DNA from: Chlorokybus atmophyticus
Lineage: Eukaryota; Plantae; Mesostigma and Chlorokybus algae
Length of the DNA: 64,000 nucleotides
NCBI GenBank assembly: GCA_009103225.1
Contig: RHPI01000797.1
Coordinates: 70,384-134,383, forward strand
Direction of reading: 5' to 3'
The notes under the pieces: generated by a model
Seen by the model: only the letters and a program-made list of their open reading frames with translations
Database searches by the model: none
Told to the model about the DNA's origin: nothing
In this document: positions 36,169 through 48,620 of the stretch, one piece after another
How positions within the stretch are numbered: position 1 is the first letter of the stretch
Layout of the letters: each line of letters begins with the position of its first letter
Program-made: the position numbers and the translations under genes

Positions 36169-36555
36169 ACAATTTGTGTCGGCAAGGACGTTGGACAAGC
36201 AGGCGCCTCTCAGTTGGTTGTCTTGCTGCATGCATGTACACAGCATGAGACATGAGTCAAGTTCCTGTGTAGTTTGATTGACTCAGTTTCTTGCTATGCA
36301 CCACTTCCAGTGCTGTCAAGTTCAGTTCCATACAGTTACTGTATACGTCTCTTGTACTACATAGAAGCATTGATTAGTATATACTTACGGTCTGCTACAT
36401 ACATACACACTGAACCATAGGTGTGACACTGATGTCAAGTTCACACAAACCGACTTACCATACCACAGCAAGGCGTGTGGCAAGAAGGTTGAAAGGGATC
36501 ACCAATCGCCGTGTTGTTTCCAGGATCAAGGGGACGGAAGAAAGGGCAGTTCCAA
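36169..36555 (+). repeat. Apparently identical 387-bp direct copy of 31436-31822 (RTF1 pseudogene intron and exon start)
   Basis: Constant offset of 4733 bp at both ends with no differences seen. It is bounded by an (AT)n tract on the left and an N at 36556 on the right. Confidence 0.9.
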
Positions 36556-36769
36556 NCGTGTGCGAGTCTGCTTGGGGAGGCACCCGGCCCAGATTATCTG
36601 CTATACTACTACTTCAAGTTGGGCATTTGTGGATGCTCGCACAAGCACCGCAGGCACTACCCTGCGGTGCCTCCCCACCTCAGGCACACGCAGACATGCA
36701 TGCACATGTGCGATCATCTACAATTTCTGCAAGGATGCGGCAGACCTCTACTGCAGGCTAGGCTATGGG

Positions 36770-39700
36770 CTACCTTGTTCTCGCTAGCGCGGCCTCAACA
36801 GCGTTCATAACTTGAACCGTATCAGTGAGCAGGTCTTCAAAGATCATGTCACTGAGCTCAAATTTCAGCTCAACTTCATCCTCAGAGAAGTCATTCCACC
36901 TGTCCTCTTCCTGTTCCACACAAGACAGAAAAACACGCACACCAACACATCAGCATTGCATGCATTGACTCACTTGCAAAAATACCACATAGAAGCCCCA
37001 ACTCAAAGTCACCTGTAAGTCTTGTATGATGATGGCATCCAAGTTGTCACCCAACATGCCTGTTTTCCCGCCACACGCGGCCCATCTCATGACCATGCGC
37101 CGAACTTGCTCCTTCACTTTGTACACTCTGACAGGCACCCTGAGCAGGAGTAGGAGAAGTGGTAGGTAATGCATACGTCTGTCTACGCTGTAGACACAAC
37201 TGTGTACCTGCTCAAGTGGCTGCTGCGCATCCATGAAGGCATCTGGCGCTCAGGCCGGTTGCCGTATGGGTACAACTTTGTAATGGCCTCGTTGATTGCG
37301 TCGAAGATGAGCTTGTTGTGTATGTGCTGGTAGTCGCTCACCTCCTCCCTGGACCTCTCCAGCTACAACACAACACAACAACATTCACACATCGACACTT
37401 GACACAAACCGCAACAAAACATCAATACAACGGCTCAAAGGCACAACAGCATAACAGCACAACAGTCCACGACGAAATCCTACAAGCGACACAACATTAA
37501 TACATGTACAACACCTTCTCCTCCCCTCTCACCTGTAAGAACTCCTCGAGGGCGAGCACTTCGCCTTCGCGCGGGTCCCACACGGCGGTGTTGTCATTAA
37601 GCTTGCGCGAGGCCGCGAGTGCCGCGTCCACGTAAGCCTGCACGGACTGCATGTCCGTGGAGACGGGGGCCGGCGCGTCTGGCGGGAGCGAGTGCTCTAT
37701 GACAGACCCTTCTGCAAAGAAGGTGGGTAATGTGTGTGTGTGTTCGCGTGCATGCGTGTGTGTGTGTGTGTGGTGGGGCGAAAGTGTTACCGAAGGAAGA
37801 GGCAGTTGAGCTGGCGCTGAGGGTGGGGAAGCCCTCTGCCGACAAGCACAGGTCCAGCTGCAAGTCCTCAGGGGATGCAAGCTCTGTGTGTGTGTGCACA
37901 GAACATCAAGCGCCAGAGCCACAGACACAAAGCCACATACACACGCACACGTCATGCGCACACACGCGCACATGCGCAATACGCACTGACCAGAGTCCTT
38001 TGGCATGCGAGTGGGTGAGCCAATTGGCGGTGAGGCCACGTCGTGCGGGGGCGGGGGAAGAGGCTGCGACGGAGTCTGTATCGACAGTATGTTGGGACGG
38101 TTCCTGTGGCGGGGCCTCGTTGTCGCTATCGCCGCCATCACACCAACCGCATCCTAGCACCATGAACACAATATGAGACAAGCTCAAGTGTGTATTGCGC
38201 AAAGAGAAGGTGCTTACACATTACACTCACCTGCAGTGCATCTTCAAGCACGTGGTCAGCGATGGTCTCAGCTTTTGTGTGTGTGACACCTGTGACAACA
38301 CAACAAGTTTGGTCAAGCGATCCAACATGCAACTTGATACGTGTCTGTTGTTGTGTGTGATTGTATCACTACATTCATACCTGCTGCGAGCGCTGCTGTT
38401 AGCAGCTGCTGGAGCATAGCTTCAGATATCTGCAAAGCGTAGCCTGCAATCGTTGCACGGTCGATATCATTATTCTTATCGCATAATTCAGCTTCAATCG
38501 CTGGAGACATCTGTAAGGGAGATGTGGCCTCCTCGGTGTCGATAGCAGACTCGACCGGTGAGGGAGAAGCTTCAATTGTTGGTGGCAACGCTTGCTTTGA
38601 GCGGATATCTTCCATGCCTGGTGTCGTGGATATCGCAGCCTGATTGATAACGATACGCGGGGTTGATACCGGTGGTATCGGGTGACTTGAATCAGTGCCA
38701 AGGGCCGATATCGGCTCTGACATGGCCACAACTGCTGGCTCGGATGTCGTGGCCACTGCTGATAATTGCGACGGTGGTACGCTGTTATCTGTAAGATCCA
38801 GCGACATCAACTGGTCATGGCTTTGTCCCGGCAATGTCTTCAGTTCAACAGGTTGTTGAACTTTCAACACAGCTGCAGCAGACGCCGCCAATACACTGTG
38901 TGTAACAACAGCTTCAGGGCTTGGAGGTGATACTGTCGATTGCTGAGGTTCATTATGAACATCCGTTTGAGCCGCAATCCCCTCAGTACTTCTGGACAAG
39001 GCATGTTGTTCTAGTTGTTGTTGTTGTTGCTCCTGTTCTTGTTCTTGTTCTTCTTCTTGAACTTCAATCTCTTCATCAACGCTGTCACCATAGAAGCTTG
39101 CCTCCGCAACCAACTCAGCACTTTCTTCCTCTTCTTGCTCATGCAAACCTGTCGCTGCTGCTGCTGCTGCTGTTGTCTCGCGCACTGTTGTTGTGTCCCC
39201 AACACCACGGTCAACTCCCTCACCCTCATGTTGCTCACTGCGCTGGCTGCTTGCAACTTCTTCTTTATGCTCTTCTTCTTCTTCTTCTTCTTCTTCTTCT
39301 TCTTCTCTGCTGCTCTGATCCCTCGATGTCTCCTGCGCCTCGGATATCGGTGGTAGCACCGGCGGTATCGCATCCGACAAAGGTGACTGTATAGAAGCTG
39401 TTTCATCTAATGTGGGACTGAGTTGGCTTCGCCTGCTGCTAGCTGGACTCAACAATGAAGGCGTGTAAGAGGAAGCATAGGACTGTTGTGCTTCAGGCGA
39501 GGTCACTGATATCGGCGATGTCGCTGATGTCGCCGGGGTGCTTATATTGTCAAAACCTGTCTCTGTATCGCTCGCATACGCACTGCTATCAAGCTGCAGA
39601 GAGCTGCCTGTAACTGCTGATATCATAGCTTCCCGCACTGGCGGTGACGCGATAGACGTGGCTGGCGAGGCGATATCTTCAAATATATCACGTGACAGAG

Positions 39701-42700
39701 GGATATCTATGCTCCTTGTCGCTGATATCGCCATTGTGGACTGCGTTGTGATTTCATTAAGCAGCAGGGATGCCATAGATGTCCCTGGAGTAGAGATGTC
39801 GATATCAATTGACTGCGTGATATCTGTGCTCGCTGCAGATATCTCAAAGGTAGACCTGGCGACAGCTTCAGCTATATCGTGCTGCTGCGGTGATATTGCC
39901 AAAGGCTCGCTGGTGTCGCCGACATCAGTTTCATCCTGCAGTGTATCTGTGATCTGTTCACTCTGTACAGACGAAGCAATGGATGCACCGGATGCAGCGC
40001 CAACATCCTCTGCTTCAGATATCGACTCGGCGGGTGATGCACTCCCCACCTCATCGATATCTCCATCAACACCTCTGTCAACTAGCTCCTCTTCAACAAC
40101 AGACGTGGATATCACTGCACTTCTGCTAGCCACTTCATCAACAGTAGCTGTGGATATCGCAGATACCGCACTGGCATCCATAATCACAGAGCTTGTTTGT
40201 GTCTTATGCTTGGCAAAAGTCTCAATCTCAACAGAAGTCTCAACAGAAGCTCCAACAGAAGCTCCAACAGAAGCCTCGACTTCATCTTCAATCTCCTCCT
40301 CACTGTCGACAACAGACACGTCTCTTTCACTCTCACCTCTATCAGCCACCCCAATAACCTTCTCAGAGATAAGATCAGCATCTTCGTCATCGCCGATGAG
40401 TGCTTGCAGCCTCATCAGCTCTCTCTGCAGCTCGCGCTCGCGCTTCTCAAGAGCAATCTTCTCCGCTTTGGCTCTGGCGGCAGCCACCTGCGCTTCGAGC
40501 TGCTGCACTCGCGCTTTGGCCACTTGCGTGTCACTGATATCCTGCTTACTGTTGTTGGACTCGACGTTGCGGTTATACACGTCGGGCACGCTTGAAGCCA
40601 TGGGCAAGGTAGATATGCTGGAGGTCTTCACGCCGCCCGAGCTCTCAAAGTCCTCTTCATAACCCGTTTGCATCATACTCTCTTCTTCCATAATCGAACT
40701 TTGCTTTGAGATATCCACGCCTGCTTGAGTAGCAGCTTGCAACTCCTCAGAGACTGTATCGCGGATATCTGTCTCAGCACTCATGCCTTGGCCACTTGCT
40801 GCTTCAATGTAATCATCTACACGTTCAGCCACATCTCCAGTCACGTCTTCAAACACGTCTTCGGACACATCTTCATTGGACACAATAACATCGTGATTGT
40901 GTTGTGGTAAAGTAGTAGGCGCTTCAGGTTTGTTCTTGTGCTGATGAGAGCGTGTGCGCGTGGTGTTGGAGTGCGAGAGCTGCGCCTGCTCCCAAAATAG
41001 CTTCTGGCGCAGGAAGTCCGCGCGCGCGGATGCCAGCTGGCGCGCGGCCTCGGCGTCCTCCGACGCCTGCTCCATCTGGATCACGCGACGCAGGCGAGAG
41101 CTCGCCTTGCTGCCATCGGCCTGTGGACACATCATAAGCATGTGCGAGGCTAAGCCCATGTCAGCAATCCTCAATCGGTCGCATATGCACTTTGCAAGAC
41201 TACACAGCATCATCGCAAACACTCACGCGCACGTGCGCGCGCACATAGTATACATATCAATAGCATGTTGCATGATAGCATGCTGTGTATGAGTCACAGT
41301 CTCTATTAACGTCCACTACTCGCATAGTGAAGTTTCATGCAAACACACTCCCATGCGTTACTCCAACACTTGCTTACCGGCATGAGTGATAGTCGCCTGC
41401 TGCACTCTTCGACTCCCCGCCGTCGCCGTTGCTTAATTTCAGCCACCTGGGCCCGATATCTCGCTTGAGCCTCAGCAAGAAACCTCGCAGCAAACTCGTT
41501 TGTAATCGTGCCGCTGCGGCTCGCCCTGCTTAGAGCCTCGGATGAGATCGACTGCAGAGACTCCATATCCGTATCGGACCCATCTGCTTCGTCTGCCACT
41601 TCAGCCTCTTCAGAGTTGATATCAGCGCCGCTATGGCTGATATCGTCTACGCGCGCCTCCACGGAGTATGCGATATCCTCTTGTACCTCAGCTGAACCAG
41701 CGTGGAAGTCGTTCTCAGACTGAATATCATCTGCGATGTCTTCGTCCACTGCTGACTGTCGGTTTGCGGATATCTCACCCACCTCACCAGGAAGAGACTC
41801 GGCGATATCAGACCCATCATCTTGCCCCACATGAGCTTCATGCTCTTCGAGTATAGTCTCAGACACTTGATGAGCACCCTTCTCCTCCACCTCCTCCTCC
41901 TCCTCCTCCTCCTCATCATCATACTCCTCAACACCCCCCTCAGCCACACTCTCAAAGTCCTCCGTATACTCACCCTCCTCCCTCCTCCCACTATCACCAT
42001 CCCCACCGACACCAACACCCACATCCATAGCAGTGTCATTATCTTCCTCAGTCTGCACTCCAAACGGCCTCAACCGTCCCTGCACGAGTTGTTTCGCGAA
42101 CATCTCCGCGATATCCCTCAACCCCTCGCGGCTCTCTGCAGCGATCTCCCGCGTGAGGGTCTTGATCGTGGTCTGGAGCTCCTGGGCGTGGGAGGCGCGG
42201 AGGGACTCGAGTTGTGTGTGGGTGTCGAGGTGGCGGGAGAGAGTCACTGTGTCCTGGGAGAGAAGGATGAGACACATATGAGTGCAGTGTCGAGAGGAGG
42301 TAAAGGAGTGGGGAGAAGGTTTGGATGCAGGTGAGTGTGTATGAGTGATGCGTGAACGTAAGTTGTGGTGTTGGTACAGTAGAGACACCGAAAGCTGCAA
42401 CCTGTCATTTCTACGACAGTGAGATGCTGGTTCGTGTTTGCGAAATGCGTGCACACCCACAATATGCACTTGTATCATACTACAACTGCACCATACAGTA
42501 CCTCGTGGGCCAAGGCAACGGTGCGGTCGCGCTCGATCCGCGCGAGATCTAGATGTGCCTCCTCAACCTGCGCTTAACACACGCCTTGTGTAAGGGCTGC
42601 AACTGAATGAGGATAGAATTGTTCCAAGTAGAGTTCAACGACACAAACCTGCTCCCACAGCTGCAGCTCGCGCACAAGCTTGTTCTCCAATGAGCGCGGC

Positions 42701-45700
42701 GAAAGCCGCATCATCGGCTTGCTGCTGCTGTCGAGGTTGTGATTGTTGCTGCTATACTTATTGTTGCTGTTGTTGTTGTTGCTGACAGCATCATACGCTG
42801 CCCGTGTATCCTTCTTCCCACCACTGTTGCTGTCATGCCAGTCATCCGCATAACCTACATCGCCATCGGCTTCACTACCGGCCTGGTTCGGTTGTTGGGA
42901 GACATTTCTCCCAACAGGGATGCCGCTGTTGATATTAGCGAGGGACGCGGCATTGTCTGGAAGAGCAGAGGGAGACCACGCCTGGATATCCGTGCTGGCT
43001 TCGGGCGCAGAGGGGGCTGAGGGCGATATCAGCGCCGCGCTAGCTGAGGGGGACTGTGCTGGCATCACCTCGCTGATATCGCTGCGGGTGCTCACACCCT
43101 CACCCGACATTGTCATGTCATAATGACTTGTATGATGGGGGCTACTCGCATGCTCGTCCTCCTGACAAACACAACCCAACTTCAAGTCAATCAACACAAC
43201 CATCACCACCGTTACAACAGTATCTTTTCACTAGAAGCATACATCAATACCCAACACTAACCTCGACAACGTTGGCGAGTCCCTTTATTCCAACACTCTT
43301 CCCTTCCCCAACTGGCACGCTGCCACCAGCGTGCAGTTGTTGTTGTTGCTGCTGCTGCTGTTGTTGTTGTTGTTGTTTTTGTTGTGTCTCGATAGCGTGC
43401 TTGAGTCGTTCCCGCCTCGCTAGCTCCGCGACGTACAGTCTCACGACGCTGTGGATGTCGCCGCGGGGGAGGAGGGCCAGGCCGTCGTGGGGGAGGGCGA
43501 TCAGCTGGGCTTGGGGGTGGGGGTGCGGGATGGAAGGGGGCTGAGGCTTGGCTGCCAAGAGGAAAAGGAGTAGGTGAGCTTGTTGTTGTGTGGCACAACA
43601 TGGTTGAAGGTACACGGCAGCTAAGCAAGGTAGCACAAGGTGTGCAGTATAGTATTTGCGCACAAGCCAACTTGTGTACACGCATGCACCCCCGCCCACG
43701 CGTATGCGCACCCGCACACACATGCACAAGGTAGCCAATCAGATGTGAAGTCGAGTAATGACACCTCTCAACGATGGAGTCAATGTGATAGCCGTACAAG
43801 ATGCGGGATGTCACTTGTTTGCAATTGCAACAAGTACTCACCTGTTGTCGTATTGGGATTGTTGTGGTGTGCGGCTGTTCTGTGCAGGTGTCTTTGTTGG
43901 TGTTGTTCAACCCCACGCCTCCCCTTTGAGTGGTTTCTTCTTTGCCGCGTTGTGCTGTTCGCCTTCAACGAACCCACAACATTCGTGATCGGCACTAATT
44001 TTGGCAGCGTCGGGGAAGCCGGGATGACAATCTTTATGGTGGACTGCAACTCATTGCCATTGTTGCTGGTGTTGTTGTTGTTGTTGTTGTTGCTGTTGTT
44101 GTTGTTGTTCTCGCTGTCGGTTGTTGTTGCAGCAAAAGCAGCAGTGTTGGGTGATGTATATGCTGAGGCAGGGGGTGAGATATCCGCTATGTCTTCTGCT
44201 GCGTCCTCCTGTTCATCTGGGAGCGATATGGGCGGCACAGAGGTGCGTGCAGGAACCGATAGTGAGGATATCGAGCCTGAGATGGATGTATCGACAGCAT
44301 TGGCCTCAGAAGAGATGCCAATCTTCTCTTTGGGTGCGATATCCTCCACCATCGGTGATATCTCCACTTCCTCCTCGATCTCAATTGCAGCCTCTGCTTT
44401 GCCAGAGACCGCAGCTACAGATATCTCTGCCAAGGTTGCAGATATCATTTGCAGCTCTGTGGATATCGTCTGCACTTCTGCGGTTGTCATCACCGGCTTC
44501 ACAACCACAACATGCTTTGGGGTGATATCACCGCCAGATAATGGCGACAATGGAAACATGGGCTTGGCATCGGCAGCCTCAAGATCGCCAAGCAATCCCA
44601 TATCCTCCAAGGCGTGATCAACAACACCGTCTAACAACCGGACAACAAGAAGTTGGATGGATGCATGAGTACCAGCTTGGCATTGACCCAAGCATGACAG
44701 ATATGTGCTCGTATGCACACGCGTACACACGTGCACACGGCCTTGATGCGCGTGTGCACGTGTGGATGTGCACACAAGCATGTTTGTGTCTGCATGCGCG
44801 TGTGCACATGCATGTGTACATGCGTGCACATGCAAAGTAAGCAAGCATGCTGGTGTACATTGATATATGTGTCGACGCGCACACAAGAATGGGTAACATA
44901 CACACAAAACGTACCGATTGTTGGGCGATTGAAGGACAGCGCCGCGATCTTGCGTGTGAGACGCATCGTCACATCCTGCAGGAGCTCCAGCTGCGCCTCC
45001 TCCTGTATCGCAGCGATGGTGGCTTCCACCCTTGCTTGGGCCTAAACAACACAATACAGACAATCAACACACACACTCTTCAAACATGTCACCAACCACA
45101 CCCTGTCTCTCACCTCCAGCAACTTGACATCCCTCTCGTCCACCTCCTCGCACACCTCCTCACGCTCTCTACTATGCTTACTACCACTATCACTCCTTGA
45201 AGCCTTGCTGTTCACGGCGTGTATGCGCGCACGCCTCTGCCTCTGCAACACACACCCAGACATGTAAGCACACATCCACCACAACATGTTCCAGCTTCAA
45301 CACACACACTGAGTGTGACACACACACTCACACTCACCTGCTCAGCGCCATAAGTGGCGGCCTTAGCCCGTCTCGCCAGAGCCGCTTGCACGGGGTTCTG
45401 CTTTGTGTTGCCTCGCATGCGTTGTTGCTGTTGTTGATTTGAGCGCACGGTTGGCCTTCGCTTATGCTTGAGAGTGTCAAGTGATGTAAACGTTCCAGGA
45501 CCAGGCATGCTACCTGCGGGCGAGCGGGTGAAAAAGGGGTCTCAGCCTCTCTTACAGGTACACTCACCGCCAGCTGACTGGCTTGAATGCGTGTACGTAC
45601 ACCTGGCTGTCTGCTTGCGTGCAAGGGCGCATGCATGCGCGCGCGTGTATGTGCATGCGCGTGAGCGTGAGCGTGAGCGTGTGTGCGCGCGCGTGCGTGC

Positions 45701-47917
45701 GTGCGTGCGTGCGTGCGAGCGTGCGAGCGTGTGTGTGTGAGCATCCCAATCCTAAACGAGATTGCTTACTGGGCGGCTCTGGCACTGTGCTGGCTGCATC
45801 AAAGCTGCTCGTGCTCGCATGCACCGACGCTTCCGCCTGGACAACAGCAACAACATCATCAACCGCATGACCATTATCATCATGGCTGTCATTATCACCC
45901 TTGCCTTCAAGTTGCCATCGTCCCAGGCAGGGCGCAAGGCGGATGATGACGGATGGCTGTCGTTGTTCACGTTGTGGTTATGGGCGCTAGCGTAGGCGCG
46001 TGCACGGGCGCGCTCGGCCTCCGTGAGCTCCGCCATAATCATGCGGCGACGGGACTCCGCCTCGCGACGTGCCTTCTGCTGCGCCTGGAGCGTGCATGTG
46101 AGTGAGTATGTGTGACACAGACAAAGAGCGTGCGTGCGCATGCGTGAGCGTGTCAGGACATTGTTGTTTGCAAGTTCATGCTATCCCTACCACCCCATAC
46201 ATACCTGTCTGCGCTGCTTGTCCATCCGGCGCCTATCCGCAATGTACTCCCTCACCTGCACACACGACATGCAGGTCAACATTCTGCGCAATCTGTCGGT
46301 TAAGCTGCAGCTTCAACCCAATCGCAGCATACATTTGCACGGCCAACATGACGTGCTGCACTCCCCAACTCTCCAATTTCAAAACTACAGATACGTACAT
46401 CATGTACAGTCCACATGTATGTCATGAGACAATGCCCCATGAAAAGGTGCTCACACCCAAGTGCGACACACCCCACGCCAAAAATGGACACAGGCGCAAG
46501 CATAAACCATGACATCATCAGGCATCACACTACTCGCACGCTTACAAGGTCTCAACCAACACTCGCAAAGCAACAGCACTCCACAAACACCTCCACCCAC
46601 CCACCCACCCACACATCCCCTCACCGCCGCCAGCTTGGCTTCATCCATGCCAAGCTCTCCCTTCCTCTTACTATCCCCACCCTCCCCCTCCTTCTTCCTC
46701 TTCTCCTCCGCCTCTTTGCCCCGCCCGATCGCCCTCGCCCGCCTCGCCCGCGCGAGCGTCTTGGCCGGGTCGGCGCGGGACACTCTGGGAGGAGGAGTTT
46801 GGAGGATAGGAGTCTTGAGATTGGGTTTGGGAGTGTTTGGGGGGGGGCGAGTTGAGGTGGATGTCGGGGGTGGGGTGGGTGTTGGTGTCGGGGGGATTGG
46901 TGTTGGGTCGGGTGAGGAGGGGGGAGGCGGTTGTGGCGTGCTGGCGGCGGCCTGAAACAAGCAGTGAAATCTGATGGCACTTTATTTACGTGGATACTAT
47001 ACACCAGGGTGCACGCTTGCAAGAAGTGCATGCGCTGCACGCACGCATGCACGCACGCATGGAGTGCACTGGCCTTGTCTGCATTATACATGGAATGGAT
47101 AGACACATGCATGGCCACACACACATGTAAGTAGAGTACACACGCGCGCACGCGCATTCCCACGCTGCATGCAAGCTGTGCAGCAACGCACAGATGACAC
47201 ACAAACCGCACGACTTGTCTCACGCACGCCAACCACAACCCCCACACACACCTGCTGTTGTTGTTTGGCCCGCACGAACTGTTTCTCCCGTCTCGCTCGC
47301 GCTTCCGCCGCGCGGGCTCTGCACGCCTCCGCTGCCGCCTTCTTTGCTTGCACCCTCTTCTCCTCCACGTTAACGACACGTTGTTGCCCTTCACCGCTCC
47401 TCTTAACTTGAGGTGGACTCGTCAACACGTTGCGCGTGCGCACGCGGGCGTTGAGCGCCTCCAACGCAAGAACTCTCTCCCTCTTCTCACTCTCTTTGGC
47501 ACGAACTTCCCGCTCGCGTGCGCTCAACTCGTCCAATGCAAGCTTCGGCTTGCGGATCGGGCTTATTGTTGTTGTTGTTGTTGCATTGGGTGGAGCGGAC
47601 TTGGGCCTATGTTGAAGCCAGTGTTGTGTCGAAGGCGTGGAAGAGTTGTTGGTGGTGTTGGTGCTGGTGGTGGGTGTGATGTGGCGAGTTGGGATGAGGT
47701 GTGAGTCGGCGTGTTGTGTGTGCGTCGGAGCCCGGGCGGTTTTGGGTAGGTTGGCATAGATGTTTCTGCCACCATGCTGCTGCTGCTGCTGTTGTTGTTG
47801 ATGTTGTTGAAGTTGTTGTTGTGTCTGTGTATATTGAGCGAGTAGGAGGTTCTGAGGTTGAGCAGCAGCAGCGATCTCAAACCATGCTAGCTTCCTCACA
47901 CCAGCAGCCCCGTGCAC
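36770..47917 (-). CDS. CEP350: CEP350-like centriole/basal-body protein: large acidic low-complexity and coiled-coil protein with a DUF4378-type C-terminus; 5' end unresolved (upstream of 47917, near the gap)
   Basis: RLSPRSLENKLVRELQLWEQ/VEEAHLDLARIERDRTVALAHE (42700-42490) matches the CEP350 'SP.SL..R..AEL..L...EE....L..VER.R...LA' block. C-terminal exons are LIFDAINEAI (about 37300), KVKEQVRRMVMRW, LDAIIIQDLQ and EEDRWNDFSEDEVELKFELSDMIFEDLLTDTV...TR* (TAG 36770-36772). Includes a 969-codon open stretch (38313-41222). Confidence 0.75.
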
Positions 47918-48158
47918 CTGTGTTTGGGGGGACACAGTGTGATTATCAATACCACATGTTTGCGTTTAATGCATCAGAATCCCAATCCTCTACCATTCCA
48001 TTGGCCTCCATATTGGTTGACCTGCGCATCCGTCAAAGTGCGCCTGTGCCTGCCTGTATCCGTGCGTGCGTTCGTGCGTGCATACCTGGACACAAGCAAG
48101 TGAAAATGCTGGATAACATGCACTGCTGTGTGCCGCGCGCGCGTGGGTGTGGGTGTGG

Positions 48159-48620
48159 NNNNNNNNNNNNNNNNNNNNNNNNNNNNNNNNNNNNNNNNNN
48201 NNNNNNNNNNNNNNNNNNNNNNNNNNNNNNNNNNNNNNNNNNNNNNNNNNNNNNNNNNNNNNNNNNNNNNNNNNNNNNNNNNNNNNNNNNNNNNNNNNNN
48301 NNNNNNNNNNNNNNNNNNNNNNNNNNNNNNNNNNNNNNNNNNNNNNNNNNNNNNNNNNNNNNNNNNNNNNNNNNNNNNNNNNNNNNNNNNNNNNNNNNNN
48401 NNNNNNNNNNNNNNNNNNNNNNNNNNNNNNNNNNNNNNNNNNNNNNNNNNNNNNNNNNNNNNNNNNNNNNNNNNNNNNNNNNNNNNNNNNNNNNNNNNNN
48501 NNNNNNNNNNNNNNNNNNNNNNNNNNNNNNNNNNNNNNNNNNNNNNNNNNNNNNNNNNNNNNNNNNNNNNNNNNNNNNNNNNNNNNNNNNNNNNNNNNNN
48601 NNNNNNNNNNNNNNNNNNNN
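48159..48620. other. Assembly gap (N run)
   Basis: 462 Ns flanked by CA/GT microsatellite-like sequence. Confidence 1.

Noticed and set aside
39538-44617. Long antisense ORFs (374 aa and 325 aa) as independent genes
   Set aside because: They mirror low-complexity CEP350-like exons and have no start context, domain or splice support. They are noted only as part of the GATATC finding.
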